64,000 nt of DNA from Clostridia bacterium (lineage in GTDB: Bacteria; Bacillota; Clostridia; TANB77; CAG-465), in contig JAFXEC010000011.1 of the NCBI GenBank assembly GCA_017521005.1, forward strand, positions 16,450-80,449, given 5' to 3'. The position numbers and the translations under genes are program-made. Numbering within the stretch: the first letter of the stretch is position 1; each line of letters begins with the position of its first letter. Shown piece by piece: positions 20,142-29,318 of this stretch. The notes under the pieces are model-generated. The model did no database searches. It saw only the letters and a list, made by a program, of their open reading frames with translations, and had not been told where the DNA came from.

Positions 20142-21475
20142 TACACTTCCTCCTTCTTAGCAAAAGTTGATTTAAATGGTTCTACATAGTCAAAATTAAG
20201 AATTCCAAATATGTAGTCTGTTTTATTCATATCTACAGCTTCTTTAGCTTCAGTTAAGTTATTAAAGATGTATATTTGTTCATTTGGATAGCCAGCAAAA
20301 ATTAATCTTGTGGCTATATCATAGGCATTTGGCCCTGCACAAATAATGTTTTTTACATCGGGCGTGTTTAATATTTCAAAGTCTATATCATATAACCAGG
20401 ATAAATCATCAAATGCATATCTTCTGCTTATTTCTTTCCAACCGATTACTACTGTTTTAGAACCATTAAATCTTTCTGTGAAAAGTAAAGATTGATTAAA
20501 TGTAGTACTGTTTTCGTTTTTATTATTTAACACATACACATCACTATCGTTGTATTTGTAGTGGTTGTACATTTTAGAGTTAGCGTTAAGTTCGCTAATA
20601 TGTTTAGCAACCTCTGTTTCGTCTAGACCAAGTGCGCAAGCAGTGGTATATGCAGCCATTGTGTTGTATACACTGTATAATAAATCGTATTGTAATTTTA
20701 CTTTGTGTTTATTATCTACAGTCATTTCAAAGTTTGGATAATCTATATTTGTAATAGTGTATTTAGATTCAGGATGACCGAAGTCGCATTTTGGACAATT
20801 AAATTTGCCGTGGTTTTCAAAATGATAGTAGTCATATACTAATTTCGTATTACATTTTGGACAGTAATTTATATTTAAATTCTTAAACTTTTTATCGGTA
20901 TAAGATAAATCAGTTTTATCTAAAGAATAATATGTAGTTTCATATTCGTTTCCTAAATTGAATTTTTGAAGATATGGATCATCGCCATTTAAAATTAAAT
21001 GTGCATGATATGGTAATGCTTTTTTTATTTCTTCATAAACTAAATCTACGTGGCCTTGCCTTGGTGGTTGGTCACGAGTAATGTTTGTTATTACTATGTG
21101 ATTTGGTTTAACATCTGGAAATGCAAATTTTGCATATCTTTCGTCCATTTCAAAAACAAATACATCACCTTTAACTTTACCAGATAATGTACAGTTTTCT
21201 AAAAGCGTTGTAGTTATACCTGCAGTTAGATTAGCACCAGATGCGTTATGAACAACTTTATAGCCCATGCTTCTATATATGTGAGCAATTATACTCGAAG
21301 TACTTCCTTTACCAGAAGAACCAGTAACAGCGATTTTAAGTTCTGGTAATTCTAGTTTTGTTAATAATTTTTTATCTATTTTAAGAGCAATATCTCCAGG
21401 CAAAGAACTTCCTCTTTTAAGAATCTTACCTGCAACAATTGCAGCTTTTCCTAAAATAATTGCTAATGATTTCAT
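20141..21475 (-). CDS. murT: Lipid II isoglutaminyl synthase Mur-ligase subunit MurT
   Basis: Mur ligase P-loop ...IAVTGSSGKGSTS... and C-terminal Zn-ribbon-like CPKCNTK...CPKCDF (DUF1727-like). Confidence 0.82.
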   Translation of the reverse strand: MKSLAIILGKAAIVAGKILKRGSSLPGDIALKIDKKLLTKLELPELKIAVTGSSGKGSTSSIIAHIYRSMGYKVVHNASGANLTAGITTTLLENCTLSGKVKGDVFVFEMDERYAKFAFPDVKPNHIVITNITRDQPPRQGHVDLVYEEIKKALPYHAHLILNGDDPYLQKFNLGNEYETTYYSLDKTDLSYTDKKFKNLNINYCPKCNTKLVYDYYHFENHGKFNCPKCDFGHPESKYTITNIDYPNFEMTVDNKHKVKLQYDLLYSVYNTMAAYTTACALGLDETEVAKHISELNANSKMYNHYKYNDSDVYVLNNKNENSTTFNQSLLFTERFNGSKTVVIGWKEISRRYAFDDLSWLYDIDFEILNTPDVKNIICAGPNAYDIATRLIFAGYPNEQIYIFNNLTEAKEAVDMNKTDYIFGILNFDYVEPFKSTFAKKEEV

Positions 21476-21565
21476 GTTATCACCTCAAATTACACATATA
21501 TTATACTCATAAAAGCCCTATTTTACAAGGGTATAAGAAAAAACTCTACGGTTTAGGTAGAGTTT

Positions 21566-23122
21566 TTAGAATAAATCAAATATTTTCTTAAATCTTGGTA
21601 AAGAAGCTTGTTCTTCTTTGTTAAAGATTTGCATTTTAAGTAATGCAACTGCATAAACTATGGCTCCAAACGCTACACAAATAAACATGTTTATTGCTGT
21701 TGGAACAAATCCAGAGAATAGCTTATATAATATGAAAACTACAATTCCCATTATAGCTGATGAAATAAGTGGTTTCACATATACGTTTTTGATATCTGGT
21801 TTCTTTCTTAATGTTCTATATAATACAGTTGTTACTATAATACAGTTAACTAAGTGGTAAATAATTGTTGTTATTGGAACGATTATTTCACCATAAATAG
21901 GTATTAATTTAATGTTTAATATATATTTAACAATTGCGGCTACTAGTACAGACATACCTGGCACAAATAGTTTTCCTATTCCATTTAATGATCCTTGAGA
22001 GACTTGAGCTATTAATGAGAAGATTATTGCCCATACTTCTATTTGAAGAAGAGTTGAGCCTAAAGGAGCATTAGGGAATATTGTATTAAATATTGGAGTA
22101 GCAAGAACTGCTAGACCCACCATACAAGGGAACGCTATTATTGAAGATAATTTCATAGAGAAATTAATCTTATTTAGCGCAGCTTGTTTTTCTTTTTTTA
22201 CAATGTGTTCTGTTATTATTGGAATAAGTGGTGTAACAAATGCTACATTAAATGTGTGTGGTATAGATACTAAAATATCTACTTTACCAACTATTATTCC
22301 GTACTTTTCATTAGCTGTAGCTAAGTCATAACCGTATTTAGTTAATCCTTCCATAACAGACAATATATCTACTATTCCAGATAATGAAACAACTATACTT
22401 GCAAAAGAGATAGGTATTACATATCTTAATATTTTTTTAATTGTTACTCGTGTACTGTCTTGCATATGCGGTGCAGAGTTTTTAATAGCTTCATGTATAC
22501 TTGTTCTGTGTTTTTTGTAGAATAAGTATAGGTAAACAAGAGCTGTTAAACAAGATACTGCGGTAGCAGCTGTTGAACCTATGGCCATTATTTCTGGACT
22601 CTTACCAGTTAAAAGCAGTACGAATATTACTGAGAATACGCTATTTACAACTTGTTCTAATACTTGAGCTTTACTATGTGCAGACATATTTTGCATTCCC
22701 ATAAAATATCCTCTAAATACAGCTGCTATAGAAACGAACCATACAGCAGGAGCTAGAGTTGCAAGTGTCCAACGTACGCCTTCGTTAGAAAGTATATTAG
22801 TTGCAATGTAATTTGATCCAAATAAAAGAATACATGCAAAAAACAATCCTACAAATGTAAATAATTTAAGTGCTGTTCTAAATACTTTATGAGCACCTTT
22901 TGCATCACCAACAGCAAGTTTTTCTGAAACAAGCTTTGATATTGCGTTAGGAACTCCTGTTGTAGCAATCGCTAAGATGAATACATAAACCTTATATCCG
23001 GTACCGTAATAACTATTACCAGCATCCTGGAATCCTTCTATGTTAGTAAGGATAACTCTATATATAAATCCCAAAAACTTTATTAAAAGTTGAGCGGCCA
23101 AAACAACAGTAACACTTTTCAT
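21566..23122 (-). CDS. MOP-superfamily flippase (MurJ/SpoVB/Wzx-like polysaccharide biosynthesis protein)
   Basis: About 14 predicted TM helices. Start uncertain: ATG 23122, or TTG 23146 eight nt after GGAGGG. Confidence 0.65.
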   Translation of the reverse strand: MKSVTVVLAAQLLIKFLGFIYRVILTNIEGFQDAGNSYYGTGYKVYVFILAIATTGVPNAISKLVSEKLAVGDAKGAHKVFRTALKLFTFVGLFFACILLFGSNYIATNILSNEGVRWTLATLAPAVWFVSIAAVFRGYFMGMQNMSAHSKAQVLEQVVNSVFSVIFVLLLTGKSPEIMAIGSTAATAVSCLTALVYLYLFYKKHRTSIHEAIKNSAPHMQDSTRVTIKKILRYVIPISFASIVVSLSGIVDILSVMEGLTKYGYDLATANEKYGIIVGKVDILVSIPHTFNVAFVTPLIPIITEHIVKKEKQAALNKINFSMKLSSIIAFPCMVGLAVLATPIFNTIFPNAPLGSTLLQIEVWAIIFSLIAQVSQGSLNGIGKLFVPGMSVLVAAIVKYILNIKLIPIYGEIIVPITTIIYHLVNCIIVTTVLYRTLRKKPDIKNVYVKPLISSAIMGIVVFILYKLFSGFVPTAINMFICVAFGAIVYAVALLKMQIFNKEEQASLPRFKKIFDLF

Positions 23123-23396
23123 AAATGTTTGTTTTTTTATAGCCAAAAAAATTCCCTCCAATTCTAAGGTAATATTATATCTTATTTTAAAAGTCATTTC
23201 AACCGATTTTAGTGTTAAATTGTGTGTTTGTATAAATATATATAAATATACAAATAACAATAGTATGAACAAATCCATTTAATTGACTTTACCCTACTTC
23301 TGTGGTAATATTACTGTGTTAAGTGGGGTAAACACACATTAATATATATGTGCTAAATTAAAATATAGAATAGGCACGTATTATGGAGAGTGAAAT

Positions 23397-24497
23397 ATGA
23401 GAGAATATATAATATATGGGGCACTAACTTTATTATCATTTTTAGTTAGTTATTTTACAGTGCCATTTGCAATTAAATTTGCAAAGAAAATGGGGATTAT
23501 AGATAATCCAAAACAAGATGACAGAAGAGTTCATAAAGAACCTACACCGCGTGTTGGTGGTATAGCAATGGTTGCTGGTATGGCGGTAACAATAATTACA
23601 TTTTGTATTTTATGTTTAATATTAAATATGGATATAAATACTAAATTAATTGGTTATGCAGTAGGTGGTTTAATTATTGTAACAATGGGATTTGTAGATG
23701 ATATGAAAAATCTAAGACCATTATACAAATTTTTGTTCCAATTAATTGCCGGTATGGTAATATACGTATTTGGAATAAGTATTGCAGGAGTAAAAATACC
23801 ATTCTTGTATCCACATATAATAGATTTTGGGTTATGGTCATTCCCTTTAACTCTAGCGTGGGTTTTAGGAATAACAAACGCTGTAAACTTAATTGATGGA
23901 TTAGATGGGTTGGCTGCTGGTATTTCAGCAATAGCAAGCATCTCATTGCTAGTAATATTCTCATTAGTAGGTGCGGGAATGGAAGTTATAGTAATAACTC
24001 TAGCCTTAGCTGGTGCAACAATAGGATTTTTACCATACAATTTTAATCCAGCAAAAACATTTATGGGTGATACAGGATCAAACTTCTTAGGATTTACATT
24101 ATCTACAGTATCTATTATGGGTATGGCGAAAGGATATACAATTTTAGCAATAGTAACACCAATAATTGTTTGTGGGGTACCAGTATTTGATATGTTGTTT
24201 GCAATAGTAAGAAGACTTGCAAAACATCAAAAAATAACAGCACCGGATAAAGGACATATACATCATAGATTATTAAAACATGGCTTTTCACAAAAGCAAG
24301 CAGTGTTAATACTTTATGGTTTAACAAGTATTTTAGGAATTATAGCAGTAACATTAGTAAGTGGGTTTACAGTACAAGGAATAATTTGTATTGCAGTGGC
24401 TATAATAATATGGGCAATAGGTTACATATATAACGATATGAAAGTAAGAAGAAGTACGATGATTCCAGAGGAAACATCGAAAGAAGATAAAGTTTAG
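23397..24497 (+). CDS. Glycosyltransferase family 4 polyprenyl-phosphate GlcNAc-1-P transferase (TagO/WecA/MraY-like)
   Basis: ...GIIDNPKQDDRRVHKEPTPRVGGIA... and multi-TM MraY/WecA family signature. Confidence 0.85.
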   Translation: MREYIIYGALTLLSFLVSYFTVPFAIKFAKKMGIIDNPKQDDRRVHKEPTPRVGGIAMVAGMAVTIITFCILCLILNMDINTKLIGYAVGGLIIVTMGFVDDMKNLRPLYKFLFQLIAGMVIYVFGISIAGVKIPFLYPHIIDFGLWSFPLTLAWVLGITNAVNLIDGLDGLAAGISAIASISLLVIFSLVGAGMEVIVITLALAGATIGFLPYNFNPAKTFMGDTGSNFLGFTLSTVSIMGMAKGYTILAIVTPIIVCGVPVFDMLFAIVRRLAKHQKITAPDKGHIHHRLLKHGFSQKQAVLILYGLTSILGIIAVTLVSGFTVQGIICIAVAIIIWAIGYIYNDMKVRRSTMIPEETSKEDKV

Positions 24498-24509
24498 GAG
24501 GAATAAAAG

Positions 24510-24959
24510 ATGGGATTAAAACAAGATTTAATGCAAGCACTAAAAGAAGCTATGCAAAATAAAGACACATTAAAAAAAGAAACAATAACAATGCTTAGAG
24601 CAGCAATACTTCAAGTAGAAAAAGATGGATTAAAAGAATTATCTGAAGCAGAAATGGGAACAATAGTTGCTAAAGAAGTTAAAAAGAGAAAAGAATCTAT
24701 AGTAGATTTTGAAAAAGGTGGAAGACCAGATATTGTAGAACAACTTAATAAAGAAATAGAAATATTATCTGTATACTTACCAGAACAATTATCTGAAGAA
24801 GAAATAACAAAGATGGTTGTAGAAGCTATAGCAGCAGTTGGTGCAACTGGAATGAAAGATATGGGTAAAGTAATGGGAAGCATTAGAGAAAAGACAGCTG
24901 GTAAAGCAGATGGTAAATTAGTATCAGATATAGTTAAGGCAGAACTAGGAAAACTTTAA
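24510..24959 (+). CDS. GatB/YqeY domain protein
   Basis: Full-length match to the YqeY pattern ...LKEAMKNKD...TMLRAA...KE..KRKESI..F.KGGR.DIVEQ. Confidence 0.85.
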   Translation: MGLKQDLMQALKEAMQNKDTLKKETITMLRAAILQVEKDGLKELSEAEMGTIVAKEVKKRKESIVDFEKGGRPDIVEQLNKEIEILSVYLPEQLSEEEITKMVVEAIAAVGATGMKDMGKVMGSIREKTAGKADGKLVSDIVKAELGKL

Positions 24960-25007
24960 TAGGCATAAGATATAAGAGGAAGTAAAACAAAACTAAAAGG
25001 AGCAAGT

Positions 25008-26252
25008 ATGAAAAATATAATTATTAGAAATAGTAATAGATTTAAGAGTGTTTTTGCACAAGTGAATTTGTTGTTACCATTAACAGCAGAGGATATGAGC
25101 AAGAATGCTCTTCTTGCTATGATGCTAAAGAAATCAAATAGCAAGTATAAAACAGAAAGAGAATTAGAAAGAAAATTAGCAGAGTTATACAACACATCAT
25201 TTGGTGCAGGTGTTGGTAAAGTAGCAAATATGTACGATATAACATTTGGTATAGAAATATTAAATGTTAAATATACAGGAAAAGAAGCATTAGATGAAGC
25301 TGTGGATGTATTATGTACATCAATTTGTGAACCAAATTTTGTAGATGGGAAGTTTGACGAAAAAACATTTGAATTAGAAAAATCTAGTTTGCTTGAAAGA
25401 ATCGCAGAAGAAAAAGATAATAAGAAAAAATATGCATTAGACTCATTAGAAAGAGAAATGTTTAAAGGAACAGACTATGGTTATCCTTTATATGGAACTG
25501 CTGAAGATGTGGTAAAAATAACTAACGAAGAATTAGTTAAACATTATTACAATGTAATATCTAAAGCAGAAGTTGTAGTTGCTACTGTTGGTAATCTAGA
25601 AAATATGGATGGCTTAGCTGATACTATACACACAAGAATATGTGGAAAGTGTGGAAAACATACAGTAGAATTTACACCACTTGTGAAACAAGCAATTAAT
25701 AAAGAAATAGAGACAAAAGTAGAAGAACAAGATATAAATCAAAGTATAATTTGTATTGGCGCAAGAATTAAAGATGTTAAGACAGAAGATGTATATAAAG
25801 CACGTCTTTTTGATAACATTTTAGGAGGAACACCAGCAGCAAAACTATTCCAAAATGTAAGAGAAAAAGAAAGTTTAGCGTATTTTGCAAAATCTATGTA
25901 CAATATGTTCACAGCAAGCGTATGTATGTTTGCAGGAATAGCTCCAGAAAAATATGAAAAAGCTAAAGAAGTAATGCTAAAACAATTAGAAGATATAAAG
26001 TCTGGAAATGTTTCAGAGATAGAATTTAATGCAGCAAAGGAAAACTTAATTTCTGCATATAAAGAAAAACAAGATTCTAAAGGCGGTCAAGCAAAAGGAT
26101 TATTTAGCAATGAAATATACTTTGGTAGAACTGTAGATTTTGATGAAATGATAGAAGAAATTTCTAAACTAACGCTAGACGATGTAGTAGAAATTGCAAA
26201 TAGAGTAGTGGTAACAAATATCTTCTTGTTAGGAGGTAAGGCAGATGTTTAA
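25008..26252 (+). CDS. M16-family peptidase homolog lacking HxxEH (YfmF-like)
   Basis: Insulinase fold length. No HxxEH motif. Paired with the active M16 gene. Confidence 0.6.
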   Translation: MKNIIIRNSNRFKSVFAQVNLLLPLTAEDMSKNALLAMMLKKSNSKYKTERELERKLAELYNTSFGAGVGKVANMYDITFGIEILNVKYTGKEALDEAVDVLCTSICEPNFVDGKFDEKTFELEKSSLLERIAEEKDNKKKYALDSLEREMFKGTDYGYPLYGTAEDVVKITNEELVKHYYNVISKAEVVVATVGNLENMDGLADTIHTRICGKCGKHTVEFTPLVKQAINKEIETKVEEQDINQSIICIGARIKDVKTEDVYKARLFDNILGGTPAAKLFQNVREKESLAYFAKSMYNMFTASVCMFAGIAPEKYEKAKEVMLKQLEDIKSGNVSEIEFNAAKENLISAYKEKQDSKGGQAKGLFSNEIYFGRTVDFDEMIEEISKLTLDDVVEIANRVVVTNIFLLGGKADV

Positions 26253-27531
26253 AGTAGAGACAAACTTAAAAACAGGTGAAGAAATATACAAAAAGGTACT
26301 ACCTAATGGTCTAAAAGTATATATTTGCAAGAAACCAGGATATATTAAAAAAGTAGGAATGTATGGAACAGTATATGGTTCAATTGACAACGATTTCATA
26401 GATATAACAACTGGTGAAAGACTTAAAGTAGAGGATGGAATAGCTCACTTTTTAGAGCACAAGTTATTCGAACAAGAAGATGCAAATGCGTTAGATGTAT
26501 TTGCAAAAATGGGTGTAAGTTCAAATGCATACACATCTTTTGATCATACAGTATACTTCTATGAAACAAGTTCTAAACATGAAGAATGTTTAAATAAGTT
26601 ATTAGAATTTGTAAATACGCCATATTTTACAGATGAAAATGTTGAAAAAGAAAAAGGAATAATAGCTCAAGAACTAAGGATGTATGAAGATGAACCAAGT
26701 TCGGTAGCATATTATAATGTTCTAAGAGCCATGTATCAAAGATTTCCACTTAATGTAGATATTGGTGGAACAGTAGAATCTGTATATAGAATAGATAAGG
26801 AAGCGCTTTATTCATGCTACAATACATTCTATAATCCAGCCAATATGTTTGTTATAGTAATTGGCGATGTGGATGAAGTGGAAACAGTAAAGCAAATTGA
26901 AGGCTTCTTTAACGAAAATGTGAATAGAAAAACAGGCGCAGTTGAAAGATTTGTTTTAGAAGAACCTAAAGAAATAGCTGAAAAAAGAATAGAAAAGAAA
27001 CTTGATGTGTATATGCCATATATTTGTATGGGATTTAAACATGAAAAACAAGACGGTAAGACTAATGCCAGAAATACCGTAATAATGGAAATAATAGATG
27101 ATGTGTGTTTCTCAGCTTTATCAGACTTCCATGAAAGAATGTTTAACAGAAAGATTATTACAGAACCAGTAGAAATTACATACGAATCTGGTAAAGAGTT
27201 TTCACATACAATACTATTTGCAGTTTCTAAAAAGCACGAGGAGTGTGAAAAAGAGATAAAAACATATTTTGAAGAATTAAGACAAAATGGAGTAGATAAA
27301 GAATTGTTTGAAATAGCAAAAAAGAAGAAGCAAGGTGAGCTTATCTATGATGCTGAAAACTTTATGGGAATACATAGAACAGTAATAGATAGTATAATTC
27401 AAGATACAGATGTGTTTGAAATGGCAAATGCAATAAAAGATATAACTAAAGAAGATGTAGACAATTTCATAAGAGAAAATTTAAGGGAAGATAATATGGT
27501 TATATCTAAAGTAACAGAAAAAAATAAATAA
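26245..27531 (+). CDS. M16-family zinc peptidase (YfmH-like)
   Basis: HFLEHKLFE zinc-binding HxxEH motif. Confidence 0.75.
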   Translation: MFKVETNLKTGEEIYKKVLPNGLKVYICKKPGYIKKVGMYGTVYGSIDNDFIDITTGERLKVEDGIAHFLEHKLFEQEDANALDVFAKMGVSSNAYTSFDHTVYFYETSSKHEECLNKLLEFVNTPYFTDENVEKEKGIIAQELRMYEDEPSSVAYYNVLRAMYQRFPLNVDIGGTVESVYRIDKEALYSCYNTFYNPANMFVIVIGDVDEVETVKQIEGFFNENVNRKTGAVERFVLEEPKEIAEKRIEKKLDVYMPYICMGFKHEKQDGKTNARNTVIMEIIDDVCFSALSDFHERMFNRKIITEPVEITYESGKEFSHTILFAVSKKHEECEKEIKTYFEELRQNGVDKELFEIAKKKKQGELIYDAENFMGIHRTVIDSIIQDTDVFEMANAIKDITKEDVDNFIRENLREDNMVISKVTEKNK

Positions 27532-27591
27532 TATAAAAGATAATAAAAGCTCTATTTTATAGAGTTTTTATTATCTTTTTATCAAAATTAT

Positions 27592-27620
27592 TTGACAAAT
27601 GCAAAATGGTAAGGTATAAT
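27592..27620 (+). promoter_or_regulatory. Strong sigma-A promoter driving an ORF-less transcript
   Basis: TTGACA, 17 nt spacer, TATAAT. Preceded by the yfmH terminator hairpin at 27545-27575. Confidence 0.65.
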
Positions 27621-27626
27621 ATGGCC

Positions 27627-28070
27627 CTACAAACAATTTAGTAGATACTAACTATGTATCTTGTTGTATGTTAGAGTAGTGTTTTGAATGCGATTATTGC
27701 ATGTGCCCGCGAAACCCGACCACGGGTGGTGCTATAGGTTAGTAGCGGCGAGCGAACGCTTGGCACTAGCTGGGTAATGAAACCTTAATCGGCGGCTAAG
27801 ACCCGTTAGTAGAAACACAACTTTGATATAAATATGTTGGATAATCCGATGTATCCGAAAGGACTTGGTTATTCAAGGTGAATGGCATAAGCGTGAAGGG
27901 TAAACGTGACATGTCAGCGGGGAAGACTGCAAAGATATACTATATAACAAAACCGTCCGGAAGGATTTGTTACGAACTAGTATACTCCTCGTAGATGAAA
28001 AGGGGTAACCCACTCCTTATCTAATAGTCTATAAAGCAGGAAAGAGGCACGCAGGCCTCTTTCTTTTTTT
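27627..28070 (+). ncRNA. Candidate structured noncoding RNA (~440 nt, GC-rich) with 23S-rRNA-like motifs
   Basis: No ORF of 60 aa or more. GC far above local background. Ends in GC hairpin AAAGAGGCACGCAGGCCTCTTT plus T-run. Contains GAAACCCGACCAC, AGTAGCGGCGAGCGAAC, CTTGGCACTAG and GGGGTAACCCAC, which resemble the 23S 5-prime domain as recalled. Confidence 0.5.
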
Positions 28071-28077
28071 GCTTAAA

Positions 28078-28104
28078 TGTCGAAAAATGCCGAAAAATAG
28101 CGAA
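28078..28104 (+). promoter_or_regulatory. Three helically phased Spo0A-box-like repeats (TGTCGAA / TGCCGAA / TAGCGAA)
   Basis: Repeats at 28078, 28088 and 28098, about 30-55 bp upstream of TTGACA (28134) and TATAAA (28157) of the spo0E-like gene. Confidence 0.4.
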
Positions 28105-28175
28105 ACTTGCGGTCGATTGTTGGTGCAAAATTATTGACACTGTAAAATAAAAATGTTATAAATTTGGTGTGAGGG

Positions 28176-28361
28176 ATGATGAATAACATGCTAAACAAAA
28201 TAAATATACTAAGAGAAAAATTAGAAAGACAATTATTAGAAGAAAAACCTTATAATGAGGTGTTGAAAACGAGTAGAGAAATTGATGAACTTTTAGTAGA
28301 GTTTTATAAAAAGGAGACTCCTATTAAGGACGAAACTTTATTTTTGATCAAACAAAATTAA
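28176..28361 (+). CDS. Spo0E-like sporulation regulatory aspartyl-phosphate phosphatase
   Basis: ...KINILREKLERQLLEEKPYNEVLKTSREIDELLVEFYK... helical hairpin typical of the Spo0E family. Confidence 0.6.
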   Translation: MMNNMLNKINILREKLERQLLEEKPYNEVLKTSREIDELLVEFYKKETPIKDETLFLIKQN

Positions 28362-28655
28362 AGCAAGTATTATGACTATGCTATAATCAATTTGATTTTC
28401 TTTGAACATAAAAAACAGGGTTACAAGAATTATTAGATCGTCTATATTGATGCTTATTCCAAATAATTCTACTCTGTCATCTGTTAAATTAAAGAGATTA
28501 TTTTTATCTATATTTCTATTTTGATTTGTTTCATTTGAAATTTGTTCGCCAGAATAATTTTCAGGTATGTGATTTAAAGAGCACATATTGTTCATATATG
28601 CTCTTTGAGGGAAATAAAAAGGGTTGTTATAAAAAGGATAATACATTTTAATCAC
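28338..28655 (-). CDS. Hypothetical protein, Y/P/N-rich N-terminus, hydrophobic C-terminus
   Basis: Overlaps the upstream gene by ATGA. Third gene of a coupled operon. Confidence 0.45.
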   Translation of the reverse strand: MIKMYYPFYNNPFYFPQRAYMNNMCSLNHIPENYSGEQISNETNQNRNIDKNNLFNLTDDRVELFGISINIDDLIILVTLFFMFKENQIDYSIVIILALILFDQK

Positions 28656-29079
28656 GATCCTTGCCGTTAAATAAGTTAAAAGCTTTCATAACTCCTAAAA
28701 GAGATATGTAAGTATCAATGTTTTTTTGCCTATTTTCTCTTAAGAATGGTTTAAGCGAAGATAGTAAATTTTGCCTTGGGTCTGGGCTGTTCATTCCACT
28801 TAAAACATTTTGAAATTTCATAATAGAATTTAAATCAAAACCACCTAGATTAGGTGAAATTGTTTTGTTCTCCAAGTTTATATCACTTTTAGAATTACTT
28901 GTGTTTAACATACTAACAATTTTTGAAATATCTAATCCGCTAAAATCTGTATTAGAAGTTTGTTTTGGAGTAGTTGGTTCTACTGTATTTACTTCGTTTA
29001 ATTTGCTTTGTATAGAGGCGACAATGTCTAAAATAGGATTGGAAGGTTGGTTTTCTACTTCATTTATTTCGGTATTCAT
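28648..29079 (-). CDS. Hypothetical N/S/T-rich protein (143 aa)
   Basis: Start ATG is immediately adjacent to the stop of the unlisted 54-aa ORF. Confidence 0.5.
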   Translation of the reverse strand: MNTEINEVENQPSNPILDIVASIQSKLNEVNTVEPTTPKQTSNTDFSGLDISKIVSMLNTSNSKSDINLENKTISPNLGGFDLNSIMKFQNVLSGMNSPDPRQNLLSSLKPFLRENRQKNIDTYISLLGVMKAFNLFNGKDRD

Positions 29080-29244
29080 TTAATTATTGTTTTGACCTTG
29101 TTGGGAGTTGTTATTGTTCATACCCAACATTCTTACTAAATTATTCAAATCGTCTTTAGACATGTTTTTAACTATATTAGAAACTTGTTCTAGTTTTTCT
29201 TTATCTACACCAGCTAACATGTTTAGCAAATTAGAATTCAACAT
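29080..29244 (-). CDS. Small N/Q-rich protein (54 aa), not in the ORF track
   Basis: Manual translation MLNSNLLNMLAGVDKEKLEQVSNIVKNMSKDDLNNLVRMLGMNNNNSQQGQNNN. AGGAGATG RBS. Translationally coupled to the 143-aa gene. Confidence 0.5.
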   Translation of the reverse strand: MLNSNLLNMLAGVDKEKLEQVSNIVKNMSKDDLNNLVRMLGMNNNNSQQGQNNN

Positions 29245-29318
29245 ATTATTCACAAAATCATCTCCTTATATCCATTTATTAAAGTATATGCAGGGAGATG
29301 TAAAAAAGTTACAAAGAG

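Noticed and set aside
27627-28070. RNase P RNA, tmRNA, 6S or SRP identity for the GC-rich transcript
   Set aside because: It lacks GGAAAGTCC (the P4 element of RNase P), the tmRNA tRNA-like 3-prime end GGTTCGA...CCACCA, and the SRP GGAAGCAGC motif (which is found instead at 58029-58125). Length is inconsistent with 6S.
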